A DNA stretch of 64,000 nt from NCBI GenBank assembly GCA_965204755.1, contig OZ242011.1:2720001-2784000 (forward strand). Direction: 5' to 3'. A program made the translations under genes and the position numbers. Source of the DNA: Candidatus Marinacidobacterium sp. (GTDB lineage Bacteria; Acidobacteriota; Vicinamibacteria; Marinacidobacterales; Marinacidobacteraceae). Shown one piece after another: positions 51,798-62,429 of the stretch (position 1 is the first letter of the stretch; each line of letters starts with the position of its first letter). Below the pieces are notes generated by a model. It was not told where the DNA came from, searched no databases, and saw nothing but the letters and a program-made list of their open reading frames with translations.

Positions 51798-52937
51798 GTG
51801 TTCGAACGCCCGTTCTGGGTCGAACGGATCCGCGACGCCTGGACCCGGCGGCCCGTCGTCTACCTGTCCGGCGTCCGCCGCGCGGGCAAGACCACGCTCG
51901 CCCGGATGCTCCCCGAGGCCCGCTTCCTGAACTGCGACCTGCCGTCGGTGGAGCGCGCCCTCCATCACCCGGAGTCCTTTTTCTCCTCGCAGGATCCGGA
52001 CGCCGTGCTGGTGTTCGACGAGGTCCAGCGGCTCGCCGACCCGAGCCTCGTCCTCAAGATCGCGGCGGACGAGTTCCCGACCCTGCGCCTCCTCGCCACC
52101 GGTTCCTCCACCCTCGCGGCCACGCGGCGGTTCCGCGACTCGCTGACCGGCCGCAAGGAGGCCGTCCACCTCTGCCCGGTCCTCTGGGAGGAGTGCGCGG
52201 AGCCTTTCGGCATCCGCGGCCTCGACCGCCGGCTGCTGCGGGGCGGGCTGCCCGAACTCCTGCTCGCCCCCGACCGGCATCCCTCGCGGTATCGGGACTG
52301 GATCGACAGTTTCTACGCCCGCGATGTCCTCGACCTGTTCCCGGTGCGCGGGCGGCGGGGGTTCCTGGCGCTCCTCCGGCTGCTCCTGCGCCGGAGCGGC
52401 GGGTTGCTCGACTTCGGCCGCGCCGCCCGGGAGGCGGGGATCAGCCGCCCGACGCTCGACGCCTATCTCGACGCGCTGGAGACGGCGCACGCGATCCGGC
52501 TCGTCCGCCCGTTCTCCCGGGGCGGCGCCCGCGAGATCGTGGCGCGGCCCAAGTGCTACGCGTTCGACACCGGCTTCGTCACGCTGGAGCGCGGGTGGGA
52601 CCGCCTCCGGGAGGAAGACCGGGGCGCCCTCTGGGAACACCTGGTTCTCGATTCGCTGTCCTGCCGGGTCCCGCCGGAGAACCTCTTCTACTGGCGCGAC
52701 AAGTCCGGGCGCGAGTTGGACTTCGTCGTCCGCCGGGGCCGGGACCGCCTGGACGCGTACGAGTGCAAGATCGACCCCGACGAGTTCCGCGGGAAGGCGC
52801 TGGACGCGTTCCGGGAGCGGTATCCCGAGGGCCGGAACTTCGTCGCCGGCCCGTTCGTCCGGGAGCCCTACCGGATGCGGCGGGGCGGGCGCGAAGTCAC
52901 GGTGACCCCGATCCGCTCGACCGATCCCGCGCGGTAG
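51798..52937 (+). CDS. AAA_14 / DUF4143 family ATP-binding protein
   Basis: GVRRAGKTT, FDEVQ, TGSS, SLTGR, GGLPE, PKCYAFDTG, YWRDKSGRELDF, ECK. Confidence 0.9.
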   Translation: MFERPFWVERIRDAWTRRPVVYLSGVRRAGKTTLARMLPEARFLNCDLPSVERALHHPESFFSSQDPDAVLVFDEVQRLADPSLVLKIAADEFPTLRLLATGSSTLAATRRFRDSLTGRKEAVHLCPVLWEECAEPFGIRGLDRRLLRGGLPELLLAPDRHPSRYRDWIDSFYARDVLDLFPVRGRRGFLALLRLLLRRSGGLLDFGRAAREAGISRPTLDAYLDALETAHAIRLVRPFSRGGAREIVARPKCYAFDTGFVTLERGWDRLREEDRGALWEHLVLDSLSCRVPPENLFYWRDKSGRELDFVVRRGRDRLDAYECKIDPDEFRGKALDAFRERYPEGRNFVAGPFVREPYRMRRGGREVTVTPIRSTDPAR

Positions 52938-52959
52938 CGGCCGGGTACCATCGAGCGCC

Positions 52960-53790
52960 GTGGCGACTTGGGCCGTCGGGGATGTGCAGGGGTGCTTCGG
53001 CGCCTTCCGGGAGTTGCTCGACCGGATCGGCTATCGGCGGGGGCGCGACCGGATCTGGCTGGTGGGCGACCTGGTGAACCGGGGGCCGGACTCGCTGGGG
53101 ATGCTGCGGTGGGCGCGGGAGCAGGGCGACTCCGTGCGGATGGTTCTCGGGAACCACGACCTCCACCTGCTGGCGCAGCACGCGGGGGTATCCGTGGCGC
53201 GGAAGGGGGACACGCTCGAGTCGGTGCTCGCGGATCCGGAGGCGGACGACCTCTGCGACTTCCTCGCCGCGCAGCCGTTCCTACACGAGGAGGGGCGGTT
53301 CGTCATGGTGCACGCCGGGTGGCTGCCGGCCTGGGACTTCGCGGAGGCGCGCCGCCGCGCCGCCGCCGCCCGCGAGGCGCTCGCCGCCGACCGCCGGGGC
53401 TTCCTGGAGCGTCTCTACGCGGTTCGCGGCGACGGCCGGCGCGCGGCGGCCGGAGGCGGCTCGGAGGCCGATCACGCGGCGGCGGCCGCCGCGTCGGTGT
53501 TCACCCGTATCCGGCTGGTGGACCGCGCCGGCGAACCGAAGTACTCCTTCGACCAGCCCCCCGAAGCGGCGCCGGAGGGTTGCGCCCCGTGGTTCGCGCG
53601 GGCGCGGCTGCCGGAGGATCGGACGGTCCTCTTCGGCCACTGGGCGGCGCTGGGGCTCCAGGTCAGCGACCGGGTCGTCGGTCTCGACTCCGGCTGCGTC
53701 TGGGGCGGCTGGCTCACGGCGTTCCGCCTGGAGGACGGCGCCCTGCGGTTCGCCCGTCCCGCCGCCGGGGAAGCCCGCCGAGCGGGTTGA
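52960..53790 (+). CDS. apaH: Symmetrical bis(5'-nucleosyl)-tetraphosphatase
   Basis: VGDVQGC, GDLVNRGPDS, LGNHDLH, VHAG, FGHWAALG, DSGCVWGG. Confidence 0.93.
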   Translation: MATWAVGDVQGCFGAFRELLDRIGYRRGRDRIWLVGDLVNRGPDSLGMLRWAREQGDSVRMVLGNHDLHLLAQHAGVSVARKGDTLESVLADPEADDLCDFLAAQPFLHEEGRFVMVHAGWLPAWDFAEARRRAAAAREALAADRRGFLERLYAVRGDGRRAAAGGGSEADHAAAAAASVFTRIRLVDRAGEPKYSFDQPPEAAPEGCAPWFARARLPEDRTVLFGHWAALGLQVSDRVVGLDSGCVWGGWLTAFRLEDGALRFARPAAGEARRAG

Positions 53791-53803
53791 GCGCGCCGCC
53801 CGG

Positions 53804-55201
53804 TCAGTCCGGGACCCGGCGGAAGCGGCGGGGGTTCCCGGCGGTGGTTACCGCGCACTCCGGGGACGGCCCGCCGTCCGGGGCTTCGGCGAACTCGATC
53901 CGGGTGAACGGGTCGCCCTCCGGGTGGAACACGCCGTCCCCGACGGGCGCGAGGCGGCGGCCCAGGCCGTGGAGGGCGCCGTCCCGAAGCGTGAAGGTCA
54001 CCGGCGCCCGGCCGGGGTCGTAGGTCCCGGCGTAGCGCTCCAGGTCGGCGGGGGTTGCCGCGACCTCCTCGATGACCGGCTGCTCCATGCCGAGGACGGC
54101 GCGGGCGATGCGGTTCTCCAGCAGGCCCGGCCTCCCGCCGCCGGAGTTGATGAGCACCGCGATGCCGAGTTCGACCTCCGGGTAGTAGGCCAACTGGGCT
54201 CGGAAGCCGTTGATGCCGCCGCCGTGGGACACCTTGGCGAGCCCGTGTTCCCGGCCGAGCGCGAGGCCGTAGCCGTAGGGGACCTCCGCCCCGCCGACCA
54301 ACTCGCCGGGGGCGGTCATCCGCTCGTAGGACGCCGGGGACACCGCCCCGCCGGCCACCAGCGCCCGCTGCCAGACCAGCAGGTCGCGGACGCTCGCGCC
54401 CAGCGAGCCGGCGGCGTAGGGCAGCCTCATGCTGATCGGCTCGTCGTTGCGGAAACCGCCCTCGCCGTCCGGTTCGTAGCCCGCCGCCCGGTCGGGGACG
54501 ATCGGGGCGTTGTCCAGGTAATGGGTCCGTTCGAGGCCGAGCGGTCGGAAGAAGCGCTCTTCCAGGAACCCGGTGTAGGTCGTCCCGGACAGTTGTTCGA
54601 TGAGGATGCCGAGCAGGTAGTAGCCGGAGTTGTTGTATTGGTAGCGGTCGCCGGGCTCGAACTCGAAGGGGGCGCCGCCGAAGAGGGCCGTCATCGCCTC
54701 GTGGTCGAGGTCGAGCCGCGCCTGCGCCCAGAACTCCTCCATCTCGGTGTAGCCCTTGATCCCGGAGGTGTGGTTCAGCAGGCGCTCGACCGGGATGGAG
54801 AAGCCCTGCGCGTCGTAGTCCGGGAGGTAGCCGCGGAGGTCGGCGGCGAGGTCGAGGTGGCCGTCTTCGACGAGGGCCATCGCGGCGGCGGCGGTGAACT
54901 GCTTGGTGACCGAGCCGATCCGGTACACGGTGTCGGCGGTGGCCGGGACGCGGTGTTCGAGGTCGGCGAGGCCGAACCCCTCGGCGAAGACGGTCTCGCC
55001 GCCGCGGGAGACGCCGACGGAGAGGCCGGGGGCGGGGTGCGCGCGGAGGGCTTCGGCGGCGAGGGCGCGGACGGCTTCCGCGGGGAGGTCGCGGGCGCCG
55101 TCGGGCGGGGCGGGGGTCTCGCCGCAGGCGGCGGGGAGCCACGCCGGCAGGAGGAGGAGCGGGAGGAAGGCGGCCTTCCGCCGTCGTCGGGAGGGGGACA
55201 T
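53804..55201 (-). CDS. Serine hydrolase (class C beta-lactamase/AmpC-like family), lipoprotein
   Basis: GSVTK (SxxK), LLNHTSG, YNN (YxN), HGG. Confidence 0.88.
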   Translation of the reverse strand: MSPSRRRRKAAFLPLLLLPAWLPAACGETPAPPDGARDLPAEAVRALAAEALRAHPAPGLSVGVSRGGETVFAEGFGLADLEHRVPATADTVYRIGSVTKQFTAAAAMALVEDGHLDLAADLRGYLPDYDAQGFSIPVERLLNHTSGIKGYTEMEEFWAQARLDLDHEAMTALFGGAPFEFEPGDRYQYNNSGYYLLGILIEQLSGTTYTGFLEERFFRPLGLERTHYLDNAPIVPDRAAGYEPDGEGGFRNDEPISMRLPYAAGSLGASVRDLLVWQRALVAGGAVSPASYERMTAPGELVGGAEVPYGYGLALGREHGLAKVSHGGGINGFRAQLAYYPEVELGIAVLINSGGGRPGLLENRIARAVLGMEQPVIEEVAATPADLERYAGTYDPGRAPVTFTLRDGALHGLGRRLAPVGDGVFHPEGDPFTRIEFAEAPDGGPSPECAVTTAGNPRRFRRVPD

Positions 55202-55251
55202 GCCCGGATCGTAGGTTGCCGGGGGGCGGCTCGGGGCCGCCGGGCGCCGCG

Positions 55252-55866
55252 TCAGCGCGGGTCGGGGGGAGGGGCGGAAGCGGCGGAAACGGGGAGGGTT
55301 TGCGGCCCGCAGCCGCCGGCGGGGCGGAGGAGCAACTCGGTCTCTCCGTAGCGGAAGTCGGCGGCGAGGCGGGGGAAGCCGGACGGTTGCCGGGGGCCCG
55401 GGCCGCTCGTCCGGGAGAGGTCGGGGTCGAGCGCCAGCCGCCGCCGGCCGTGGTAGATGCTCGTCGGGGTGATGACGATCTCGGCCCGGAAGCGCCCGGT
55501 CGATCGGTCGGCCGGGGCGCCCGGCGCCGCCGCGGCCGGGGCGGCGATCTCGCCCTCGACGGTGAGCCGCTCCCATTCGGGCTCGAGGCGGCGCCGCCCG
55601 CCGTACCAGGTGAACTGGCTCACCAGGCGCCCCGGCGCGACCGCCCGGACGCGGCCCTCGTCGTTCCGGACCAGCACCTGCCGGAGGCAGGGGGCGACCT
55701 CGAAGGCCACCGGCACATAGATGCTGCGGGCGAGCGGCCGGGGATCCTCCGCGCCGTCCGCTCCGGTGGCGAGCGCGGCAGCGGCGAGGGCCGCCGGCAG
55801 GCCCGCGGACAGGCCCGCCGCGAACGCGCCGCGCCGCGGCGTCCGATCCCGTTGCCGGAAGCGCAT
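55252..55866 (-). CDS. Hypothetical secreted protein
   Basis: Signal-peptide-like N-terminus; fills the gap between genes. Confidence 0.55.
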   Translation of the reverse strand: MRFRQRDRTPRRGAFAAGLSAGLPAALAAAALATGADGAEDPRPLARSIYVPVAFEVAPCLRQVLVRNDEGRVRAVAPGRLVSQFTWYGGRRRLEPEWERLTVEGEIAAPAAAAPGAPADRSTGRFRAEIVITPTSIYHGRRRLALDPDLSRTSGPGPRQPSGFPRLAADFRYGETELLLRPAGGCGPQTLPVSAASAPPPDPR

Positions 55867-55980
55867 GACTGGTTCCGGTCATTATGGTAACGAATATGAA
55901 CGGACGGTTACAACTCCGCGTATTTCGTCACCGAACCGTCTCGGCGACGCGCCGCCCCCGGGAGCGGGGAGACGGCGGGG

Positions 55981-56919
55981 TCAGCGCTTCTTCCGCACCG
56001 TGGTGGCGAACGCGCCGTCGCCGTACTGCAGCCGCATCGGTTCCCGGGTCTCCAGGTCGTAGCGGTCGCCCGGCATCAGGAAGTAGAAGCCGCCGCCGTT
56101 CGGCAGGACTCGGGTGTTGTCGTAGATCGCCACATAGCCCTGCCCGATGACCTCGAAGCGGTTCCCGCGCACCACGATGGCGGTGTCCTCGTCGAGCCCG
56201 ATCCCCAGCAGGTCGGGCCGCGCCTCCACGATCTCGAGCAGGTCGAAGTGGCGGTTCCGCACCAGCAGGTGCTGGTCGATGGCCACGCCCCGGACGAAGC
56301 CGAAGCCCTCCTCGTGGTCGCCCATCATGACCGTGTTCCCGCCGGTGTCGCCGCGGGCCAGGTATTCACCCTGGATCGTGGCCCCGGCGGAGGAGCCGCC
56401 GATCACGCCGCCGCGGGCGAGCAGGGCGTGGAGTTCGCGCTCGGTCCGGGTTCCGGCGTAGGCGTCCACCAGCCGCCACTGCCGCCCGCCGGGGAACCAG
56501 ACGCCGCGGGCCTCGGCGATCGGGGCGGCGAACGCCTCGGTGTCCGCTTCGGCGGGGTCGTAGGTGTGGATGACGGTGAGGTTCGCCGCGCCCAACTCGC
56601 GGAACCGCCGGGCGCCGGGGTACCAGCGGTCGTAGTCGTGGTCCTCGCCGCCGCCGGCGGTGGGGATGATGACGACGGGCGCCTCCGGGCCTCCGGCGAG
56701 CGAGAGGAAGCGTTCGAGGATGGCGTCGTCCCGGAGGGCGCCGCCGACGATCACGAGCGAGCCGTGCTCCGGCCCGGCGGCCCGCCCGACCGGGGCTTGC
56801 GCGGCGGCCGTCGTCGCCGCGGTTCCGGCGGCGAGGAGGAGCGCGGCGGCGAGTCGGGGGCGGCGGCGGCGGAGCGGGGCGGCGGCGGCGGGGCGGGAGC
56901 GGCGAAACGAGTCGAACAT
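55981..56919 (-). CDS. cphB: Cyanophycinase (peptidase S51) with signal peptide
   Basis: LVIVGGA, IPTA, GGRQ, GGSSAGA, IDQH..RNR, GIGLDEDTA. Confidence 0.85.
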   Translation of the reverse strand: MFDSFRRSRPAAAAPLRRRRPRLAAALLLAAGTAATTAAAQAPVGRAAGPEHGSLVIVGGALRDDAILERFLSLAGGPEAPVVIIPTAGGGEDHDYDRWYPGARRFRELGAANLTVIHTYDPAEADTEAFAAPIAEARGVWFPGGRQWRLVDAYAGTRTERELHALLARGGVIGGSSAGATIQGEYLARGDTGGNTVMMGDHEEGFGFVRGVAIDQHLLVRNRHFDLLEIVEARPDLLGIGLDEDTAIVVRGNRFEVIGQGYVAIYDNTRVLPNGGGFYFLMPGDRYDLETREPMRLQYGDGAFATTVRKKR

Positions 56920-57068
56920 CGGGAAGTCCTCCGGGCGGGCGGGGTCGGGTGAAGTCGGTCGCGGCGGCGGATTGTCCCCCCTTTTTCCGCGCTCTCGTTC
57001 CGGCTGTGAGCAGGCAATGAAGATGTCGTGGGGGCGGCGGGGAAGAAGGCAAGGAGCGGTGGGTACGC

Positions 57069-57104
57069 AAGAAGCCCCGGAGCGCGGAACTCCGGGGCTT
57101 TTCT
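57069..57104 (-). terminator. Intrinsic terminator hairpin downstream of the surface protein gene
   Basis: AAGCCCCGGAG-7 nt-CTCCGGGGCTT with T-rich tails on both sides. Confidence 0.7.
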
Positions 57105-57146
57105 CGGAGGGGAGCGACCGGGGAGCCCCCTCCGGTCAGGGGGTCG

Positions 57147-60132
57147 TCAGGAAGGGTTGCACTCGATGAAGTGGCTCTCGTGGGGACTGGCCGAGGTGAT
57201 GTCGAAGACGGGGGCCGGAAGAGTCTCATGCTCCACCCGGATGTCGGCGCTGGCCGCGATGTCCGTCTGGACCTGGTAGTAGGTGGACGCCGGCACATTT
57301 CCCGTCGCCAGCGATGTCGTCAACGGCGCCCCCCAACTCGCGCCGAGCACTGTCGCCGAGCCGATTCGCAGCCGCACTGCGCTGCTGCTGACCTCTCCCG
57401 TCCGAGTCGTCGGGACGCGGATCGGAACATACCAACCGGTCCGGGCGGTGGAGGAGCCCGTCTGGAACGACTCGAAGGTGGGGTCGGTATAGATGGTGAA
57501 GGCAGTGTAGGCGGCGGAGCGGGGAGTCCCGATGAAGATGCCGGTACTCTCATCCGACCCCTCGGCCTCCCAGCCGTCCGTCGCGCCACCGCGCCGCCGG
57601 TCGCCGTCCGCGTCCCAAGTGCAGGTGATGCTCTGCTCGATCGTCCGGGTGCAGGTGTCGGTGTCCTTGATGCGGGTGAAGGTGGCGCTCAGGTCGAAGG
57701 TCATCTCCGCATCGCACCCCGCGCCGCCATCGCTCGATGAGCACCTTCGCGATGCCGCATCGTTGATCGTGGTCGTGTTGTCGGCGGTCCCGTAGCCCGT
57801 GGATCCGGGACGGTCGAAGTCGGTCTTGCCGAAGTCGCCGTACTGCGGATCCCCGTCGACATCGAACATGTAGATGCTCATGATCGGACGCCAGTTCCCG
57901 GCGGCTCCGAATTCCGTGCCGCGGGTTCCGGTACCGTGCCGAGCGTTCGAGGACTCATCCGGGCTGTAGAGATCGTGATCCTGCCGGGTGCCGTCTATTC
58001 CGAGGAGGCTGGTGGTCGTCGTCACCGTGGTGTCCACCAGCCAGAGGTGCGCATGCCGGGCGTCACGCGGACGATACGCATCCGCTGCATCCCGGTCAGC
58101 GTCGTTGGAGTCGGCCCGGTTCCGGATAACGATGTTGTCGAGACGGGCGGTTCCTGCGATGCCGCTGCCGGTGTACTCGACCCGGAACTGGCCGCCGGTA
58201 CCGATGCCCTTGCCCCAATAGCCGTCCACCTCAGCCTGGAAGTCGTCGCAGGCATCCACCATGTCGGCGACCTCGAAGGGCCGGCTCGGGCAGGTCAGCC
58301 CGTCGAACGGATCGTCGTCGAGGCTGCTCCAAGTCACACGGCTGCCTCCCCAGGCGACACTCGCCGTGGGGTTGATATGCACCCGGTAGCCGCTCACATA
58401 GTCCCGCCACCGCACGGTTTGCTTGCTGCCCGCGGGCACGGTTTCATAGACGCCGTCCGTGATGAGTCGAACGCAGTTCTCCGGCTTCTTGATCCGGCCG
58501 GTTCCCGTCAGGGTGTGCGCTCCCGGAACACCCGCCGCGCCGGCCAAACTGATGTTGGTGGAGGCGTAGGAGGCGGCTCGACCGCCCGCCGTATCGGGGT
58601 GGCAATCGATATCGACGCCGGCGGCGTCGGCGCCGTTGCGGATCGGCCCCGGCTCACTCTGCGTGGTGGCCGAGTCGTCCCGGTTGAGCGCGCCACCGAA
58701 GTGGTTGCGGGCGGCGTTCCCGGAGCCGCCGGCGTCCAGGTCCAACGCCGTCGGAGTAGAAGCAGCGCTGATGTCGGCGCCGCGCACCCGGTAGGCGCCG
58801 CCGCCGAAACTGACATCGGAGAACTCATGGGTCACGGTTGCGCCGTGCGTGGCGGTGTAAGTGAAGCCGATATCAACGCCGTTGCCCTGATCGTGAGCCG
58901 CGTCGTTGTTCGCCATTCCCTTCACCAAGTTCAGGCTGGCGTCGAAATCGCTGCAGGCGGCGGAGTCCGCCAAGGTGATGTACGGAGCGGCCGGCTCCTC
59001 CATGGCGGCGTCGGAGCAGCGGAAGGGGCCGCAGGTGATGTAGAAGACCACATCACCGGTCGGAGTCGCTTCCTGCCCCCCCCCCCCCCCCCACCGTCAC
59101 CTTTTCGAACTTGAAGACCGCGCCCTCGCGGACCACCGACATCTGCGTCGCCGACCACGAAACATGCGTGAACGGAGTCCGGTCGGAACCGGCGGACACC
59201 ACAACCGAACCGGCCCCCTCCATGAACATCGGCGTAACCCGCGCCGAGTGCGAGGAACTCACCATCATCTTGGTGTTCACGGTCGCCATCGCCGTCTTCG
59301 CGTCCGTCCCGCTGTCCGGGCAGAACGCCTGGCCCCGGCACGCGCGGTCGGCGTCCGCATCCGGTGGACTCATGCTCACCGTCAGCGGGCTCGGCGCCAC
59401 ATCGCTCGTCGCCATCACCGCGGCGCTCCAGTCGCCCGCCGTCCGCGCCGGCCGGCTGACTTCCGCGCGAACCCGGATGTACATCGTCGTCTCCGGCTCC
59501 ACCGCCACCCGGTGCGAAGTCGCGGTAACCGTCTGCAGTTCGGCCATTTCCAAACCGTCCTCCGAATCCGCAACCTGCACCTGGTAGCCCTGCGCGTTCT
59601 CCACCGCGTCCCATTCCCACTCGACGAAGTCCACGCCCGTGGCCTTCACCCGGACCGTCGGCGCGCCCAGAACCAACGGGGCCGCATCGCTCATCCCGGT
59701 AACCGCCTCCGTCCAGTCGCTGTCGTTCGCCTCGTCCGAAACGGCCCGCACCCGCGCGTAGGCGGTCGTGCCCGGCGCCACCGTGAACCGGTGCATCGTG
59801 CCCGTGACGGTCGCGGTCGAGACGGAACTGAAGTCGCCCTCGGTCGTGCTGAGTTGGATCTCGTAGCCGCTCGCGCCTTCCACGGCTTCCCAACGGAACT
59901 CGATGTAGTCGGTCCCGCTGGAGGCGACCGTCAGCCCGCCCGGGGCGTCGAGGGTCGGCGTCGGGGCCGGGGCCGGCGGCGCGGGCGCCGGGGCCGGGGT
60001 CGTGGTGGTCGAGTCGTCGCCACCGCAACCCGACAGCGCGAGGCCGGCGCCCAGCATCAGGACGACGGGCATCAGGGCGAGAAGGACAGTCAGCCCGCGC
60101 AACGGACTCGACTTCCCGATGATCTGAACCAT
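57147..60132 (-). CDS. Large surface lipoprotein (two FN3-like domains + Thr/Gly/Asp/Cys-rich region), frameshifted at a G17 tract
   Basis: RBS AGGAGG, ATG 60132, lipobox LSGC. The first frame stops at 59053; the continuation GQEATPTGDVVFYITC (ORF 57147..59051) is in frame at G16 or G19. Confidence 0.85.
59076..59092 (-). repeat. Poly-G tract (G17 on the coding strand)
   Basis: C17 run on the + strand at the frameshift point. Confidence 0.9.
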
Positions 60133-60674
60133 GCCGTCTACCTCCTGCAGAACGGTGGTGGACGGTCCCCCGGAGTTCCCCGAAGGCCCGCGCCGATGCG
60201 GGGTTTGCAGTGTACCGGTACCGGCTTCCGACCGCCAACGACCCGGCGCGCGCCGCGCCGGACGATCATGAGCGGGGTATAGGCAGAATCCGGACGCAGA
60301 CAGCGAGGCCGGCGCCCCGCTATCGGTCGTTGCCGGGCGCGGTCGGTTCCGCCGGTGACGGGGTCGGCCTCCCGGGTCAGCGGGAGACGGCCGGACGGCC
60401 GCGGGAAGGGCGGCGAAGCCTCGGCGGAGGGCGCGGGTGGCCTCGGCGGGCCCTCGGGGGTTCGATCCGCTGGCGGTGGGGTTTGCCCCTCTGCGGTGGC
60501 GAGCCGCCAGGACCCGGACTCGCAGGGAGCGGGTCGCCGCTCGGGCGCCGTCCCGAGCCCCGCCTCGGCCCTCCCCTCCCGGAGGAGTGCCGGAGTCGCG
60601 GGAAGCCACGACCGTCGTCGGGCCCCGAACCTCGCCTCGACCCTTCCCTCCACCCCGCATCCCGAGCCCGAAGA

Positions 60675-60725
60675 GTGTCCACTTTTCGGATCCCATTTCT
60701 GTCCACTTTTCGCGTCCCATCGACA
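60675..60725 (-). mobile_element. Orphan IS21-family-like terminal repeat
   Basis: Reverse complement TGTCGATGGGACGCGAAAAGTGGACAGAAATGGGATCCGAAAAGTGGACAC: TGT terminus plus a duplicated ~24-bp box. Confidence 0.6.
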
Positions 60726-62400
60726 TCGAGCCCCTTCGCGGTCGCGGGACGCCCGGATCGAGCCCTTCTTGGGGCTCGATATCGCGGATCGACCCCCGCG
60801 GCGGCGCTCCGGACGGATCGACCCCCTCGTCGCCGATGTCGCGGATCGAGCCTCTTCGGGGTTGCGGGACGCTCGGATCGAACCCTTTTTGGGGGCTCGA
60901 TATCGCGGATCGACCCCCACGGCGGCGCTCCGGACGGATCGACCCCCTCGCCGCCGGTGTCGCGGATCGAGCCCCTTCGCGGTCGCGGGACGCCCGGATC
61001 GAGCCCCATTTGGGGGCTCGATATCGCGGATCGACCCCCACGGCGGCGCTCCGGACGGATCGACCCCCTCGCCGCCGGTGTCGTGGATCGAGCCCCTTCG
61101 CGGTCGCGGGACGCTCGGATCGAGCCCTTTTGGGGGCTCGATATCGCGGATCGACCCCCGCGGCGGCGCTCCGGACGGATCGACCCCCTCGCCGCCGGTG
61201 TCGCGGATCGAGCCCCTTCGCGGTCGCGGGACGCCCGGATCGAACCCTTCTTGGGGGCTCGATATCGCGGATCGACCCCCACGGCGGCGCTCCGGACGGA
61301 TCGACCCCCTCGTCGCCGGTGTCGTGGATCGAGCCCCTTCGGGGTTGCGGGACGCTCGGATCGAGCCCTTTTTTGGGGCTCGATATCGCGGATCGACCCC
61401 CACGGCTGCGCCCCGGACGAATCGACCCCCTCGTCCCCGGTGCCGTGGATCGAGCCCCTTCGGGGTTGCGGGACGCTCGGATCGAGCCCCTTCGGGGGCT
61501 CGATATCGCGGATCGCCTCCCACGGCGGCGCCCCCGGACGAATCGACCCCCTCGTCGCCGGTGTCGTGGGTCGAGCCCCTTTGGGGGCTCGATATCGCGG
61601 ATCGACCCCCACGGCTGCGCCCCGGACGGATCGACCCCCTCGTCGCCGGTGTCGCGGATCGAGCCCCTTTGCGGTCGCGGGACGCCCGGATCGAGCCCTT
61701 CTTGGGGGCTCGATATCGCGGATCGACCCCCGCGGCGGCGCTCCGGACGGATCGACCCCCTCGTCGCCGATGTCGTGGATCGAGCCCCTTCGCGGTTGCG
61801 GGACGCTCGGATCGAGCCCTTTTTGGGGGCTCGATATCGCGGATCGACCCCCACGGCGTCGCCCCGGACGGATCGACCCCCTCGTCGCCGGTGTCGTGGA
61901 TCGAGCCCCTTCGCGGTTGCGGGACGCTCGGATCGAGCCCCATTTGGGGGCTCGATATCGCGGATCGACCCCCACGGCGGCGCTCCGGACGGATCGACCC
62001 CCTCGTCGCCGGTGTCGTGGATCGAGCCCCTTCGCGGTTGCGGGACGCTCGGATCGAGCCCTTTTTTGGGGCTCGATATCGCGGATCGACCCCCACGGCG
62101 TCGCCCCGGACGGATCGACCCCCTCGTCGCCGGTGTCGTGGATCGAGCCCCTTCGGGGTTGCGGGACGCTCGGATCGAGCCCCATTTGGGGGCTCGATAT
62201 CGCGGATCGCCCCCCACGGCGGCGCCCCCGGACGGATCGACCCCCTCGTCGCCGGTGTCGTGGGTCGAGCCCCTTCGGGGTCGCGGGACGCTCGGATCGA
62301 GCCCCTTTGGGGGCTCGATATCGCGGATCGCCCCCCACGGCGGCGCCCCGGACGGATCGACCCCCTCGTCGCCGGTGTCGTGGATCGAGCCCCTTCGGGG
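60725..62400. repeat. Tandem array of 14 units, period ~121 bp, each built of four GGATCGA-centred subrepeats
   Basis: GATATC anchor at 60778, 60899, 61020, 61140, 61261, 61382, 61502, 61591, 61712, 61833, 61954, 62075, 62196, 62317. Confidence 0.97.
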
Positions 62401-62429
62401 CCGCCGACCCCCGCCTACAATCGGCGGCG

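Noticed and set aside
60725-62400. Array as a CRISPR
   Set aside because: No unique spacers, since whole units repeat with only point or loop variation; no cas genes seen.
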